64,000 nt of DNA from a virus (IMGVR_UViG_3300035698_034576:1-64000), one strand, 5' to 3'. Positions 8,909 to 19,693 are shown, counted from the first letter of the stretch. Numbers and translations are program-made. The notes: generated by a model not told the origin, from the sequence alone.

Positions 8909-10156
8909 ATGACATTTGACAGAAGTAAGTACAGAGCTACTAAATTAAAAGAGTTAGAAAAACAAGAGGAAGAAGTAAAAGATTTGACCGGATTTGATTC
9001 TGCATTTTGGAAAATAGAGGAGGGTAAAAATACTTTCCGTATTTACCCAAAGCATGAACAATCCTCCTCTTATGTTTATGCAAAAGTTACCAATTGGTTG
9101 CCCCAAAAAATTGAAAAAGATGGTAAAGAAAAGTGGGACAGAAGACCTATTCTAGATGCTAGGAAGCATGGAGGTTTTGAAAAAGATTTGGTAGACCAAT
9201 ACCGGAAATATGTTCGCAGAATGATTAAGTCAGATGATGTATCTGATTCTGATTCAAAAAGAATTTTTGACATTATAACTGATTTTAAAACAGGCATTGA
9301 TGCCAACTCTTCTTGGATTTTATATGCTGGAAGAAAAGTTGCTTCTGGGTGGAAAGAAGCCAGACTGCTTGAATTTGGAGCCAGTGTAAAAGGAGGTTTA
9401 AATCAACTTTCAATAACGGACAGTGAAGATGTAAATGCAAAAGATTCTTTTACAGATGTTGATAAGGGAAGACCTGTTTTGATTAAATACTCCCCTAAAG
9501 AGTCAGACAACAAGAAAAAATATGTTGTTAACAAATTAGATGATGCTGTTGTTTTGACAGATGAGCAGCTTATTGCCTTTGAAGAATTAGAAACTCTTGA
9601 AAAACTATATGGCATTGGGTCATATAAAAAAGAGTATTTTTATAAAGCTTTGGATGGCCTTGAGCATTATGATGCTGAAAATGAAATAGGAGCGTTCACT
9701 CAAGAGGATTGGCTAGACATTTGTGAAGCTTTATCTGCTGAAATTGAAAAATATTTCTCCGAAGAGCCTGCAAAAGAAAAGTCTTCAAAAAAGAAACTCT
9801 CAAAAGATGAGGAGGTAGAAGAGAGGTTTGATGAGGAAGAAGGAGAAGAAGAAGAAAAATTTGAGAAAATATCCAGAAGCGATCTTAAAGATTTTATTAA
9901 AGAAAAAAATCTTAAAGTAAAAGTTTACAAAAAAGATACGGATGAAGACGTTCGCAATAAAATAGTAGTAGCTATTGAATCGCAGGAAGAGCCTGAGAGA
10001 AAAATTGAAACGGATTCTTTCCCTAAAAAGGAAGAGTCTAAAGAAGAGAAAAAAGAAGAGAAAAAAGAAGAGAAAAAAGAAGAAGCGGAGAAACCATCTT
10101 CTTTATCTAGGTTGGAACAAATGAAAGCATCCATTAAAAATGGGGCTAAAAAGTAA
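8909..10156 (+). CDS. putative gp32-like single-stranded DNA-binding protein
   Basis: FWKIEEGKNTFRIYP motif, long acidic/charged C-terminus, own promoter and terminator. Confidence 0.7.
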   Translation: MTFDRSKYRATKLKELEKQEEEVKDLTGFDSAFWKIEEGKNTFRIYPKHEQSSSYVYAKVTNWLPQKIEKDGKEKWDRRPILDARKHGGFEKDLVDQYRKYVRRMIKSDDVSDSDSKRIFDIITDFKTGIDANSSWILYAGRKVASGWKEARLLEFGASVKGGLNQLSITDSEDVNAKDSFTDVDKGRPVLIKYSPKESDNKKKYVVNKLDDAVVLTDEQLIAFEELETLEKLYGIGSYKKEYFYKALDGLEHYDAENEIGAFTQEDWLDICEALSAEIEKYFSEEPAKEKSSKKKLSKDEEVEERFDEEEGEEEEKFEKISRSDLKDFIKEKNLKVKVYKKDTDEDVRNKIVVAIESQEEPERKIETDSFPKKEESKEEKKEEKKEEKKEEAEKPSSLSRLEQMKASIKNGAKK

Positions 10157-10172
10157 ATTCTTTATAAACATT

Positions 10173-10203
10173 GGGGCAATCTGTTTTTAAGATTGCCCCT
10201 TTT
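10173..10203 (+). terminator. intrinsic terminator
   Basis: GGGGCAATCT / AGATTGCCCC stem then TTTT. Confidence 0.75.
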
Positions 10204-10214
10204 AAAGTTCAAAA

Positions 10215-11252
10215 ATGAAGAAACCAATAGGGGTATTTTTTTCAGATACCCACCTTGAAGAGAGAACAATAAGCATCAACGAATCAATATTTATAGAGGC
10301 TGATAATTTAGCCCTTAAATTGGGAGTTCCTTTATTTCACGGAGGGGATATTTTTACCTCTAGGAAAGCACAGTCATTATCCGTTTTAAATGCATTTGGA
10401 GATATTTTAGAGAACCTTTCCTCTGAGATGTATATTATTCCAGGAAATCATGATAAAACAGATCTAGACTCCACAGTCTCTTATATAGACAGTTTTAGAC
10501 ACTTCCCAAACCTACATCTTAATAGAGAAATTGGTCATATTCAAGTGAATAAAAATACCTCTATTTGGTCCCTACCTTATTTCAAAGAAGAGGGAAATTA
10601 TCCTGAATATTTAAAAATAATGACCGAGAGCTCTGCTTTTAATGAAGAAATTAATAACATTTTGTTGACCCATATCTCTATAAATGGAGTTAAAAATAAT
10701 GATTTATCTGTTGTGGATAATAAGATAAGCCAAGATTTATTCTCTAAATTTGACCTTGTCATAATAGGCCATTACCATCAAAGAAAAGAAATTGGCGATA
10801 ACATGTTGTATTTAGGGTCTTCTTACCAAGGAAATTTTGGGGAAGATGACCAAAAAGGTTTTATGGTGCTATATGATGATTTAACATTTGAATTTGTTCA
10901 ATCAACCTTTCCAAAATACGTTACCGAACAAATTGATTTAGATACAATTTCCAATGAAGAACTGATAGCTGTTCACACAAACGCAATGATGAATAAAGAT
11001 TCTTTTGTGAGAATGGTTGTTAAAGGGAAAGAGGAAAAGAGAAAAGCTTTTGATAAAAAAAGATATGAGGATGATGGAATAAAAGTTGTATTCAAAGATT
11101 CCTCTATTGAAGCCGAAATGGATAAAGCCTCAAAGGGGGATTTTGTCAGCTTTAACAAGAGCAACATTGTCGAACAGTTTAAAAACTGTTGTAAAGAAGA
11201 GGATTGGGATTATAATCATGGATTAGTTTATTTGGAAGAAATTTTGAAATAA
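10215..11252 (+). CDS. sbcD: SbcD/Mre11-like nuclease
   Basis: SDTH, GDIF, PGNHD, GHYH metallophosphoesterase motifs. Confidence 0.9.
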   Translation: MKKPIGVFFSDTHLEERTISINESIFIEADNLALKLGVPLFHGGDIFTSRKAQSLSVLNAFGDILENLSSEMYIIPGNHDKTDLDSTVSYIDSFRHFPNLHLNREIGHIQVNKNTSIWSLPYFKEEGNYPEYLKIMTESSAFNEEINNILLTHISINGVKNNDLSVVDNKISQDLFSKFDLVIIGHYHQRKEIGDNMLYLGSSYQGNFGEDDQKGFMVLYDDLTFEFVQSTFPKYVTEQIDLDTISNEELIAVHTNAMMNKDSFVRMVVKGKEEKRKAFDKKRYEDDGIKVVFKDSSIEAEMDKASKGDFVSFNKSNIVEQFKNCCKEEDWDYNHGLVYLEEILK

Positions 11253-11294
11253 AGTTATCAATTGAGAGCAAACAAAGTAATTACATTTATAGTT

Positions 11295-12803
11295 ATGGCA
11301 AAAATAAAAGAAGATAAAACTAAAGGCTTAGATAAACTGTCTATATCCTTAGTTAAGATAAATAAAGCTTATGGGGAGGGTAGTATTTTAAAAGCAAAAG
11401 GGGATGGTCCAGTTAAAGGTATAGAAAGAATCCCTATGGAATTCCCAGGGATTAATAGGGTTCTCGGGGAGGGTCTTCCAAAAGGTAGAATAATTGAGAT
11501 ATTTGGACCTGAATCAGCTTCTAAAACTACTTTCTGCATTCATGCTATTGCCGCGGCTCAACAAGTTACTGGATTGCCCGCTGCATTTATTGATGCAGAA
11601 CATTCCATGAACCTTGATTATGCTGAAAAACTTGGGGTTGACTTGGAGCATTTATATTTGTCTCAGCCAGGAAGTGGGGAAGAAGCCTTAGAGACCCTAG
11701 ATTTCCTATTAGAGGCTGGATTGAGTTTGATAGTAGTAGATTCTGTTGCAGCACTAGTTCCTAAGGCTGAAATAGATGGAGAAATGGGTGATTCAAAAAT
11801 GGGCCTTCATGCAAGGCTAATGTCTCAAGCCATGAGAAAAATAACAGCTAGAGTTGAAAGAAGTAAAACCGTTGTTATTTTTACAAATCAGCTTCGCGAC
11901 AAGATCGGTTGCATTGGACAAGATACCGAAATAAACTGGTTGAAAAACAATCCCCTTGAGTACGAAAAGATTGATTTGAAAAGCTTTTTTAAAGAAGCCT
12001 TTTCTCTTGAAATAGAAGATCTGGAGGTCAATGAAAAAAAGAGTGTTGAGGCTTTTCAGATTTTTATAGAGAGTTTTAATCACAACCTTGTAAAAAAAGA
12101 ACCTGGGCTAGTTTCCCAGCTAATTAGAAAGAAAGATGCTACAAAATACCAAGTCTCGATTAAGGACAATTCTTTCGATTGTTCTGGGGACCACTTAATT
12201 TTTGTGAAAACCCACTTAGCTAAAGAGGGAACATACTTAAGAGTTGAAGACTTATATTTAAGTAAAAACAAATCTTATCTCTTTTTGACAGAAGACTTGG
12301 TATTTGAAAAAGGATCAATTCATAAAACGGATAAAAAAATAAAAATTTATGATGTTGAGGTAAGAGGGAATCACAATTATTTTTCAAACGGAATTTTATC
12401 TCATAACACAATATTTGGAAATCCGGAAACAACTACCGGAGGAAATGCTCTTAAATTTTATTCGTCAATAAGACTGGATGTGAGGAAATCTACAAAAATA
12501 AAAAATGGCGATGATATAATTGGAGAGGAGATTCGCCTAAAAGCTGTAAAAAATAAAACGTATCCTCCCTTTAGACATACAGTAATGAGACTAATCTATG
12601 GCAAAGGATATTCAATACCAAGTGATATTTTGAATGAAAGTCTTTTATTAGGTATTGTGGAAAAAGCTGGAAGTTGGTTTAATTATGGTGAAACAAAATT
12701 AGGCCAAGGGCAGGATAATGTTGTTTCTATTTTGACTGATAACCCAGAGCTATTAGAGGAATTAAGAACAAAGATAAATCAAGCTTATGTGGAAAATAAA
12801 TAA
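11295..12803 (+). CDS. recA: RecA recombinase with intein
   Basis: GRIIEIFGPES, FIDAEH, VDSVAAL, ARLMSQAMRK, GGNALKFY; ATG at 11295. Confidence 0.97.
   Translation: MAKIKEDKTKGLDKLSISLVKINKAYGEGSILKAKGDGPVKGIERIPMEFPGINRVLGEGLPKGRIIEIFGPESASKTTFCIHAIAAAQQVTGLPAAFIDAEHSMNLDYAEKLGVDLEHLYLSQPGSGEEALETLDFLLEAGLSLIVVDSVAALVPKAEIDGEMGDSKMGLHARLMSQAMRKITARVERSKTVVIFTNQLRDKIGCIGQDTEINWLKNNPLEYEKIDLKSFFKEAFSLEIEDLEVNEKKSVEAFQIFIESFNHNLVKKEPGLVSQLIRKKDATKYQVSIKDNSFDCSGDHLIFVKTHLAKEGTYLRVEDLYLSKNKSYLFLTEDLVFEKGSIHKTDKKIKIYDVEVRGNHNYFSNGILSHNTIFGNPETTTGGNALKFYSSIRLDVRKSTKIKNGDDIIGEEIRLKAVKNKTYPPFRHTVMRLIYGKGYSIPSDILNESLLLGIVEKAGSWFNYGETKLGQGQDNVVSILTDNPELLEELRTKINQAYVENK
11910..12407 (+). mobile_element. 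mini-intein (166 aa) in RecA
   Basis: KIG|CIGQDT...CSGDH...YDVEV...SHN|TIFGNPETT. Confidence 0.92.
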
Positions 12804-14883
12804 AATATCAGCAGTAAATCTAGGCTCTTTTAAAAATTTAGATTTAGAAATAAAGCAAGGAAAAACATTCCTAGTGGTTGGTAAAAACAATGATGATAAA
12901 GGTCAAGAATCTAACGGAGCAGGCAAAAGCTGGTTTATAGAGTGCTTTGCAATAGGGTTATTGGGGGAAAGTTTGAAAAAGGTTCCATTATCTGATTTAA
13001 TCCGCAATGGAGAAAAGTCTTGCGAAATAGAGATAGAACTAGTTAATTCCTTTTTAAAAAAGGAGATGTGCATAAAAAGAATTATCCATGCTAAAAAATC
13101 TTCTGAAGTAGACATTTTTATAAATGGGGAAAACAAAGAAGCTTTTTATTCGAGTGTTGCAGATGCCGATAAATTTGTCCTAAATGAGATAGGCATATCA
13201 AAGGATGATTTGCTAGCTTACTATATTATTTCAAAAAGAAGGTATAGAAGCTTTTTTTCCTCCCCAGATGCAATTAAAAAAGAAATAATCTCTCGGTTTT
13301 CTGGGGCTGATTTATTAACAAGCATAGAGGATAAAGTCAATGAATCAGTTTCTAAATTAGAAAAAGAGCTTAACAAAAAAAACATAGAGACCAACCGCTT
13401 AGGAGCTAAATTAGAAATATACAAAGAAGACTTAGAAAAAGAAAAATCTAGGGATTTAAAAATTGAAAAAAATGAAGCTATAGAATTTATTCTGAGTGAG
13501 ATAGAGGTTATTTTAAACAGAATAGTGAATAGTGAAAATAGCATTGAAACCCAAAAAAAAGATTTAAAAATTATTCAGACAGGTATTGATTCCAAAACAA
13601 AGGTTAGAGAAAATATTTTTGTAGAGGATAAAAAAAAATATTTGAAAGATTTGATTGAAAAATCTGAAAATAACCACTTAAAGTTGGAATTGGTAAGGAA
13701 AGAAATAAAGAATCAATTGCACAATTACGAAGAGGAGAAAACATTAATAATAAAAAGCTTAAAAGAGAAAATAGCTATAACAGAAAGTGAAAGAGACGAG
13801 TATAATTTGTTCTTAACAGAAACAAGCAATAAAATAAAAGGCTCAGTAAAGTGTCCAAAATGTTTTCATGACTTTAATTTACAGGATAAAGAATTTTTAG
13901 TAGAGGATGCTAAAAAATTAATCCCAAAAATGGAAAAAGCAATAAGCTTATTCAACGAGTCAATAAAAGAGGATTATGTAAAAGTGGACGATAACAAATC
14001 CCTTATCTCTTCCAAAACAGCGGATCTTGATAATAAATTTAAAAAAGAGCAAGACTTACACAAAAAAGACAATGAGATTTTAGACTATAAAATAAAAGAA
14101 GCAAAAGATTCTTTGTCAAAAACTATAGTGCAAATAGATTCTCTTGATGATGAAATTAATAATTTAACAAAAAATAAAAAATCAGTAGAACAAATCATAG
14201 ATAATTTAAAGTGGAGTATTTCTGCCGATAAGAGTTCTGCCGAAGCTTTGGAAAAAAGACTAGTGGAGGAAGAGGAAAGAATTTTAGAGACAAAGGAAAA
14301 AGAGCTTCTAAAAAAAATAGAAGATATATCCGCTGAAGTATTTAATTCTTTACAAGAGGAAGATAAAGCTCAGAAAGAAGTATACGAAGAATCTCAATGG
14401 ATTTATAATTTTAAAAAGTTTAATTCATTTTTAGCTAACCAAGCAATAGGGACTATTGAGGGGCTAACAAATTACAATCTTGAAAAAGCAAATACAAATC
14501 TTCAAATAAAAATGGATGGCTTTAAAGTTTTAAAGAATAAAGAAATAAGGGAAAAGATTACAACGGTTGTTTTTAGAGAAGGAGAGGAGGATGGTTCTTT
14601 AGATAAATTTTCAGAAGGGGAAAAAGCCAGGATTGAACTGTCAAACATTATATCACTACAACAGCTTATCAATACAAGCTCTGGGTCCGGAGGTCTTGAC
14701 TTTTTAGGGATAGACGAAATTTTAAGCTCACTTGATACTATGGGGGTTGTTTTGATAGCTGACATGCTTTCTAAACTAAATCATACAGTGTTTTTGATCT
14801 CTCATGTAGGTATAGATGTGATTTTTTATGAAAATATAGTGAAAATAGAAAAGAGTAATAAAATTTCAAAGATTTCTTACTAA
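12787..14883 (+). CDS. sbcC: SbcC/Rad50-like ATPase
   Basis: NGAGKS, coiled coils with CPKC hook, FSEGE signature, IDE, LISH. Confidence 0.92.
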   Translation: MWKINKISAVNLGSFKNLDLEIKQGKTFLVVGKNNDDKGQESNGAGKSWFIECFAIGLLGESLKKVPLSDLIRNGEKSCEIEIELVNSFLKKEMCIKRIIHAKKSSEVDIFINGENKEAFYSSVADADKFVLNEIGISKDDLLAYYIISKRRYRSFFSSPDAIKKEIISRFSGADLLTSIEDKVNESVSKLEKELNKKNIETNRLGAKLEIYKEDLEKEKSRDLKIEKNEAIEFILSEIEVILNRIVNSENSIETQKKDLKIIQTGIDSKTKVRENIFVEDKKKYLKDLIEKSENNHLKLELVRKEIKNQLHNYEEEKTLIIKSLKEKIAITESERDEYNLFLTETSNKIKGSVKCPKCFHDFNLQDKEFLVEDAKKLIPKMEKAISLFNESIKEDYVKVDDNKSLISSKTADLDNKFKKEQDLHKKDNEILDYKIKEAKDSLSKTIVQIDSLDDEINNLTKNKKSVEQIIDNLKWSISADKSSAEALEKRLVEEEERILETKEKELLKKIEDISAEVFNSLQEEDKAQKEVYEESQWIYNFKKFNSFLANQAIGTIEGLTNYNLEKANTNLQIKMDGFKVLKNKEIREKITTVVFREGEEDGSLDKFSEGEKARIELSNIISLQQLINTSSGSGGLDFLGIDEILSSLDTMGVVLIADMLSKLNHTVFLISHVGIDVIFYENIVKIEKSNKISKISY

Positions 14884-14920
14884 AAATGCGTAATTTCACA
14901 AATGTTAAAAAATAATTGTT

Positions 14921-15436
14921 ATGGTATTCATTGGGATAGATAATGGAGTTGGCACTGTAGGAATAATAACTGAGGAAGATTATTTTTTTTTCAAAACCCC
15001 AATTAAATTTGGTCAAGATTACACAAAGAAGAAGAAGAACATTTCAAGAATAGATTCTGAAAAATTATTTAACTTATTACTCCCTTATGAGAAGGAGAGA
15101 GTTTTTGTGGGGGTAGAGAGGCCAATGATTAATTCTTTTAGATTTAACGCCTCAATAACCTCAGCAAGGGCTTTAGAGGCAATTCTTAATGTGGTAGAAA
15201 TGCTAAAAATGCCTTATCAGTTTGTTGATTCTAAAAGTTGGCAAAAAGAGCTTCTTCCCATTGGGGTTAAAACTTCTGTAGAATTGAAAGCAGCAAGTTT
15301 TACTATAGGGTGCAGGCTTTTCCCAAAAGTTCAGGATGTTATATTAAAAAATAAAGATGCGGATGGCATTTTGATTGCAGAATGGATAAAAAGGCTTCAG
15401 TTAGGAACCCTTAAGAAAAAATATAAATCCCCTTAA
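14921..15436 (+). CDS. RuvC-like Holliday junction resolvase
   Basis: IGIDNG, VERP, KSWQK, DADGILIA. Confidence 0.75.
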   Translation: MVFIGIDNGVGTVGIITEEDYFFFKTPIKFGQDYTKKKKNISRIDSEKLFNLLLPYEKERVFVGVERPMINSFRFNASITSARALEAILNVVEMLKMPYQFVDSKSWQKELLPIGVKTSVELKAASFTIGCRLFPKVQDVILKNKDADGILIAEWIKRLQLGTLKKKYKSP

Positions 15437-15437
15437 A

Positions 15438-15728
15438 ATGGATGATAAAAATAACATAATTTCGGAAAGAGGTAAAAAATTACATGAGATATATATAAAG
15501 AGATTTGGAGATGAAGACCTACATATAGTTAAGGGTTTTGAAATTCATTCTGCTAAGTATCAAATGAAATTAGCTAAGTTATCTTTGGATCGGATAAAAG
15601 ATGGTATTTTTGAAAAAAAAATAAAACCTATAATTGTAAAAGTAGGTAAATGCTTAATAACTCATTATGGTAATTTGACAGAACAGGAGATAATAGAAAA
15701 ATATACTAAAAGAAAAAAACGTCTTTAA
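15438..15728 (+). CDS. hypothetical protein
   Basis: ORF in operon. Confidence 0.65.
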   Translation: MDDKNNIISERGKKLHEIYIKRFGDEDLHIVKGFEIHSAKYQMKLAKLSLDRIKDGIFEKKIKPIIVKVGKCLITHYGNLTEQEIIEKYTKRKKRL

Positions 15729-15730
15729 AT

Positions 15731-16021
15731 ATGCCAAGATACATGATTTCCCCTTTTATATGTAAAAACGAAGGGTGCCCAAACTTTGAAAAAGTAATTA
15801 AAGAGTATAGTTGGACAGATGGTGACAATCCAAAGTGTCAAATATGCAATGAGATTATGGACGACCATTTTATTGAAAAGATTAATGCCCCAGCTGTATT
15901 AAAGTTTGCTTCTCTTTCCCCAGGAGAGAAAAGAACAATGATGAAAGAGAGAAGCAACAAGCATTTTAAAAAGTATATCGAAGAAGATAAGATAAACAAA
16001 GATAGATCACCTTCTTTTTAA
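15731..16021 (+). CDS. FmdB-like zinc-ribbon protein
   Basis: MPRY...CKNEGC...CQIC. Confidence 0.6.
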   Translation: MPRYMISPFICKNEGCPNFEKVIKEYSWTDGDNPKCQICNEIMDDHFIEKINAPAVLKFASLSPGEKRTMMKERSNKHFKKYIEEDKINKDRSPSF

Positions 16022-16030
16022 AAAAAAACT

Positions 16031-16315
16031 ATGTTATTAAATAAAGAAAGACAGGAACTTATAACTACTCTTAAAAAGCTAAATATAAAAGTATTGGTTT
16101 TGGACGGAGTTGGCTTATTTGCTATTTCTCAGTTCACACCGGCTGATATGAAAATGCATTTTGAGCATAAATTTTTTGGTAAAAATATTTCATTTTTAGA
16201 GGACAGTTCCACTCTTCAAGCAAGATCAATAGAAGCCTAGTATACAAAAATAAATGATATTGAAGAAGAAGAAGTAAAGATTCACAAAGATGTAAAATAC
16301 TTAACCTTTGGGTAA
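16031..16315 (+). pseudogene. hypothetical gene with in-frame TAG at 16238
   Basis: Frame continues YTKINDIEEEEVKIHKDVKYLTFG to TAA 16313-16315, overlapping next start. Confidence 0.5.
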
Positions 16316-16787
16316 AAAAAACTTTAATAAAAAGGCTCACATAAATGAAAGTAACTCATATCTATTAAATGGATTTGTTGTCGCTTACTCAGATGGGAGT
16401 TGTTGGCATAAAGATAAAATTTGAGGCTATGGATTTTTTATAAAACATAAAAAGTCAAGAAAGCATGTGGCAATAGGCCCAATAAAAAATACCACTATTT
16501 CCATAATGGAGCTATCTGCTATATTAGGGGTTTTAACATCTGTCTCTAAGACCTCAAAAGTTATTATTTATTCTGACTCAAATTATGCTGTCATGTCAAT
16601 AAATCAATGGGCTGTTGACTGGGACTTAAATGAAAGAAATAACGGGGATTTGTTTATAAGTATCCTTAATGAAATTAAAAAATTCAGAACAAAACCTATT
16701 TTCAAATGGATTCCAGGGCATTTTGAAATTCCAGGAAATGAAATAGCGGATAAATTAGCATCAGAAGCCAGGCGTAGAAATGAATAA
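16308..16787 (+). pseudogene. rnhA: RNase HI with in-frame TGA at 16422
   Basis: TTG 16308...AYSDGSCWHKDKI*GYG...MELSA...YSDSNY...WIPGH...GNEIADKLA in one frame. Confidence 0.85.
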
Positions 16788-18537
16788 AATAGAAAAACTT
16801 AAGGGTAGCTCTTATAAAGTGGTGTCTAGCTATAATCCTAATTTAGTTGACATTCTTCGTAAATTTAGCAACAGAAGTTTTGATGCTAAAGGAAAGTATT
16901 GGAAAGTTAAAATTTCCTCTTATACGGACACTGTTAGATTTTTGGAGATGATAAGGGATTTTAACTTTGACTTTTATAGCTGTGACAAAGAGGTTAATGA
17001 TATGATCACATTTGCAGAGAGAAAGTTTCTTCAAATAAAACAGAATCAAATCTTGTCATTAGCTTCAGAGTCCAATTTTGACGTTAAAGGTTTGAATTTT
17101 GACCTGTATCCCTTCCAAAAAGCAGGGGTTGAATATTTAGTTAAAAACAAAAAAGTGCTCTTAGGAGATCAGATGGGGCTTGGCAAAACGATTGAAGCTA
17201 TAGCTTCTGTACATCATTTGAAAGGGTTTAGCAACTTAACTGTTTGCCCAAACATTCTTAAAATAAATTGGTATAGAGAATGGATAAAATGGGTTCCAGA
17301 TATTAAAGTAGTTATATTGGAATCAAAGGATAATATTGAGTCATTCTTAAATCAAGAATACGATGTAATTATTTGTAATTATAATGCTGTCACAAAATTT
17401 TGTAAAACCCTAAAAAATTCAAAATTCAAATCCTTAATAATTGATGAAGGACATTTATTAAAAACTAAAAAAGCTAAAAGAACAGTCTCTATTAAAAGTA
17501 TAGCAAAATCCATAGATATTGTTTTTGACTTAACAGGCACCGCTATATTAAATAGACCAGTAGAGCTCCTCCCTCAGTTTGATATTTTGAATGTAACAGG
17601 GGAATTTGGTGACGAATGGAAGTTTAAGCTTAGATACTGTGGGGGTAAAAAAAATGGATTTGGCTGGGATTTTTCAGGAGCATCCAACCTTGAAGAGTTA
17701 CATTTGAAAATGAGAGAGCTTTGTTATATAAGGAGAGAAACAAAAGATGTGATGGAGGAACTTCCGGAAGTAACAGCTTCAACAATAGAAGTCGCAATAA
17801 ACAATAAAGCAGAGTATTTATCCGCAGAGAAAAATGTTGTTGAATACCTTAAGAATTTTCAGTATGATTTAGGTAAAATTATAGCTTGGGTAAAAAAGAA
17901 TGGATTTTATTGGGAAGACTTGTCAGATGATGAAAAAAATAATTTTATAAATGAGTATAAAAACATCAAAGTTTTCAATGCAAGTACTGCAGAGCAATTA
18001 GTAAAAATAAATTTATTAAGAAAGTTATCGGCGGAAGGAAAAATAGATAGTATTATTGAATGGGTAGAAAACTTTTTAGAAAGTGGGGAGAAATTAGTTT
18101 TGTTTGGAATTCATGTGGATATAATTAGAAAGATTTCCTCTCATTTTAACTTGATTCCAATTATAGGGGACACAGATCCAAAGACAAGACAAGAAATTAT
18201 TGATGATTTTCAGAAAAATGACAAAACAAAACTTATTATTTTAAACCTTAATGTGGGAGGTGTTGGAATAACTCTCACTTCAGCTTATAATTTAGCTTTT
18301 GTTGAAGTCGGCTGGACACCTGGGGAAATGGATCAAGCTATAGCTAGGATTCATAGAATTGGTCAAAAAAATCATGCAAACATTTACTACTTATTAGGTC
18401 AAGAGACAATAGATATGGATATGTATGATTTAGTAGAGCAGAAAAGAATAATAACCAATGCTGTAAATAAAGGAGTTAAAGCTGAAAAAGAAGTTAAAAT
18501 ATTGAAAGAATTAATAAATAGGCTAAATAACAGATAA
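16780..18537 (+). CDS. SNF2-family helicase
   Basis: DQMGLGKT, IDEGH, LTGT, GVGITLT, QAIARIHRIGQ. Confidence 0.93.
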   Translation: MNKIEKLKGSSYKVVSSYNPNLVDILRKFSNRSFDAKGKYWKVKISSYTDTVRFLEMIRDFNFDFYSCDKEVNDMITFAERKFLQIKQNQILSLASESNFDVKGLNFDLYPFQKAGVEYLVKNKKVLLGDQMGLGKTIEAIASVHHLKGFSNLTVCPNILKINWYREWIKWVPDIKVVILESKDNIESFLNQEYDVIICNYNAVTKFCKTLKNSKFKSLIIDEGHLLKTKKAKRTVSIKSIAKSIDIVFDLTGTAILNRPVELLPQFDILNVTGEFGDEWKFKLRYCGGKKNGFGWDFSGASNLEELHLKMRELCYIRRETKDVMEELPEVTASTIEVAINNKAEYLSAEKNVVEYLKNFQYDLGKIIAWVKKNGFYWEDLSDDEKNNFINEYKNIKVFNASTAEQLVKINLLRKLSAEGKIDSIIEWVENFLESGEKLVLFGIHVDIIRKISSHFNLIPIIGDTDPKTRQEIIDDFQKNDKTKLIILNLNVGGVGITLTSAYNLAFVEVGWTPGEMDQAIARIHRIGQKNHANIYYLLGQETIDMDMYDLVEQKRIITNAVNKGVKAEKEVKILKELINRLNNR

Positions 18538-18587
18538 AAATTTTTTAGATATACTAATTTATAGTATTTTTATTAAAAATTAACAAA

Positions 18588-19379
18588 ATGGACAGAATAT
18601 TAAAAAGTAAGAAAAAAAAGGAAATTATTTCTAAAATAGAAGGAGAAACAGAGCAGTATCTGCTGTCAATACCTACTCCAGAAAAAACAGAATCATACAC
18701 ACCAATTCCCTATAAGCTGATAATCGATTCAATAAAAAAAGAGCTTGAATGGAGAGATTATGAAATATCAAGCATTGACTATCGCACATCAAATAAGGGA
18801 AATAGAGTTATTGGCCTGTATCAATTCCTTTCCCCGGATGAAAGTACAGATATTAATGAAAAGGATAGATTAGTCAAGACTATAGGATTTAGGTCTTCTC
18901 ATGACAAAACTATGTCTTTTGGGATATTTTCAGGAGCCAATGTTTATATATGCTCAAACGGCATGTATTCTAGTGAAGTATCTTACACTAAGAAGCACAT
19001 ATCAAATGTTGATGAAGTAGTTAAAGAAGTTGTTCATAGTCAGCTTAATTTGATTGATATTTCATTTTCAGAGCTGCAAGAATTTAGGATAGCTTTAAAA
19101 GAAACTGTTTTATCAAAAACAGCTTCTGCACAGCTTTTAGGAAGACTTGTTTTTGAACAAGATGTTTTAAGATCGACTCAAATAAACTCTATTAAACATA
19201 ATAGAAGATTCTCTGATAACTTTAGTGATGATACAGCTTGGAGTTTATACAATAATATCACAGAGGCTCTTAAAAGTACTAACCCTATTCTTTTTCAAAA
19301 AAATCATCTAGCGGTTCATAGGCTTTTTCAAAAAGTAATATTAGGTTTAAGCAAAACTTCCAAGAAAAAAAATCTTTAG
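18588..19379 (+). CDS. DUF932-like protein
   Basis: SHDKT, ICSNGM, TAWSLYNNITE. Confidence 0.65.
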   Translation: MDRILKSKKKKEIISKIEGETEQYLLSIPTPEKTESYTPIPYKLIIDSIKKELEWRDYEISSIDYRTSNKGNRVIGLYQFLSPDESTDINEKDRLVKTIGFRSSHDKTMSFGIFSGANVYICSNGMYSSEVSYTKKHISNVDEVVKEVVHSQLNLIDISFSELQEFRIALKETVLSKTASAQLLGRLVFEQDVLRSTQINSIKHNRRFSDNFSDDTAWSLYNNITEALKSTNPILFQKNHLAVHRLFQKVILGLSKTSKKKNL

Positions 19380-19437
19380 AAAAGTATCAAATATATCAAC
19401 AAATAGAAGAAATACTCTTCTGCTAAAAATTAAACAA

Positions 19438-19674
19438 ATGAATTATACCGGGATCATGGTGACAATTACAATGCTATTAACAGTTCTTGCTATATGGCTA
19501 ACAGTCAGAACAACAAGAAGAGTAGAGAGAGGGAGAGATATTCATGGAAAATACACAAGTGAAAAAGTTTGTTTTGTTAATCTATTTGGAAAAGATTTCC
19601 CAGAAAAAAGAGTTAATATGATATTCTTTGGAGTATCAGCAATACTCTTTTTTAGCATCATTCAATTTATTTAA
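19438..19674 (+). CDS. small two-TM membrane protein
   Basis: Two hydrophobic stretches. Confidence 0.6.
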   Translation: MNYTGIMVTITMLLTVLAIWLTVRTTRRVERGRDIHGKYTSEKVCFVNLFGKDFPEKRVNMIFFGVSAILFFSIIQFI

Positions 19675-19693
19675 AGCATAGACAAGATTTATT

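Noticed and set aside
10040-10085. KEEK tandem repeat in SSB tail
   Set aside because: Ordinary low-complexity coding repeat.
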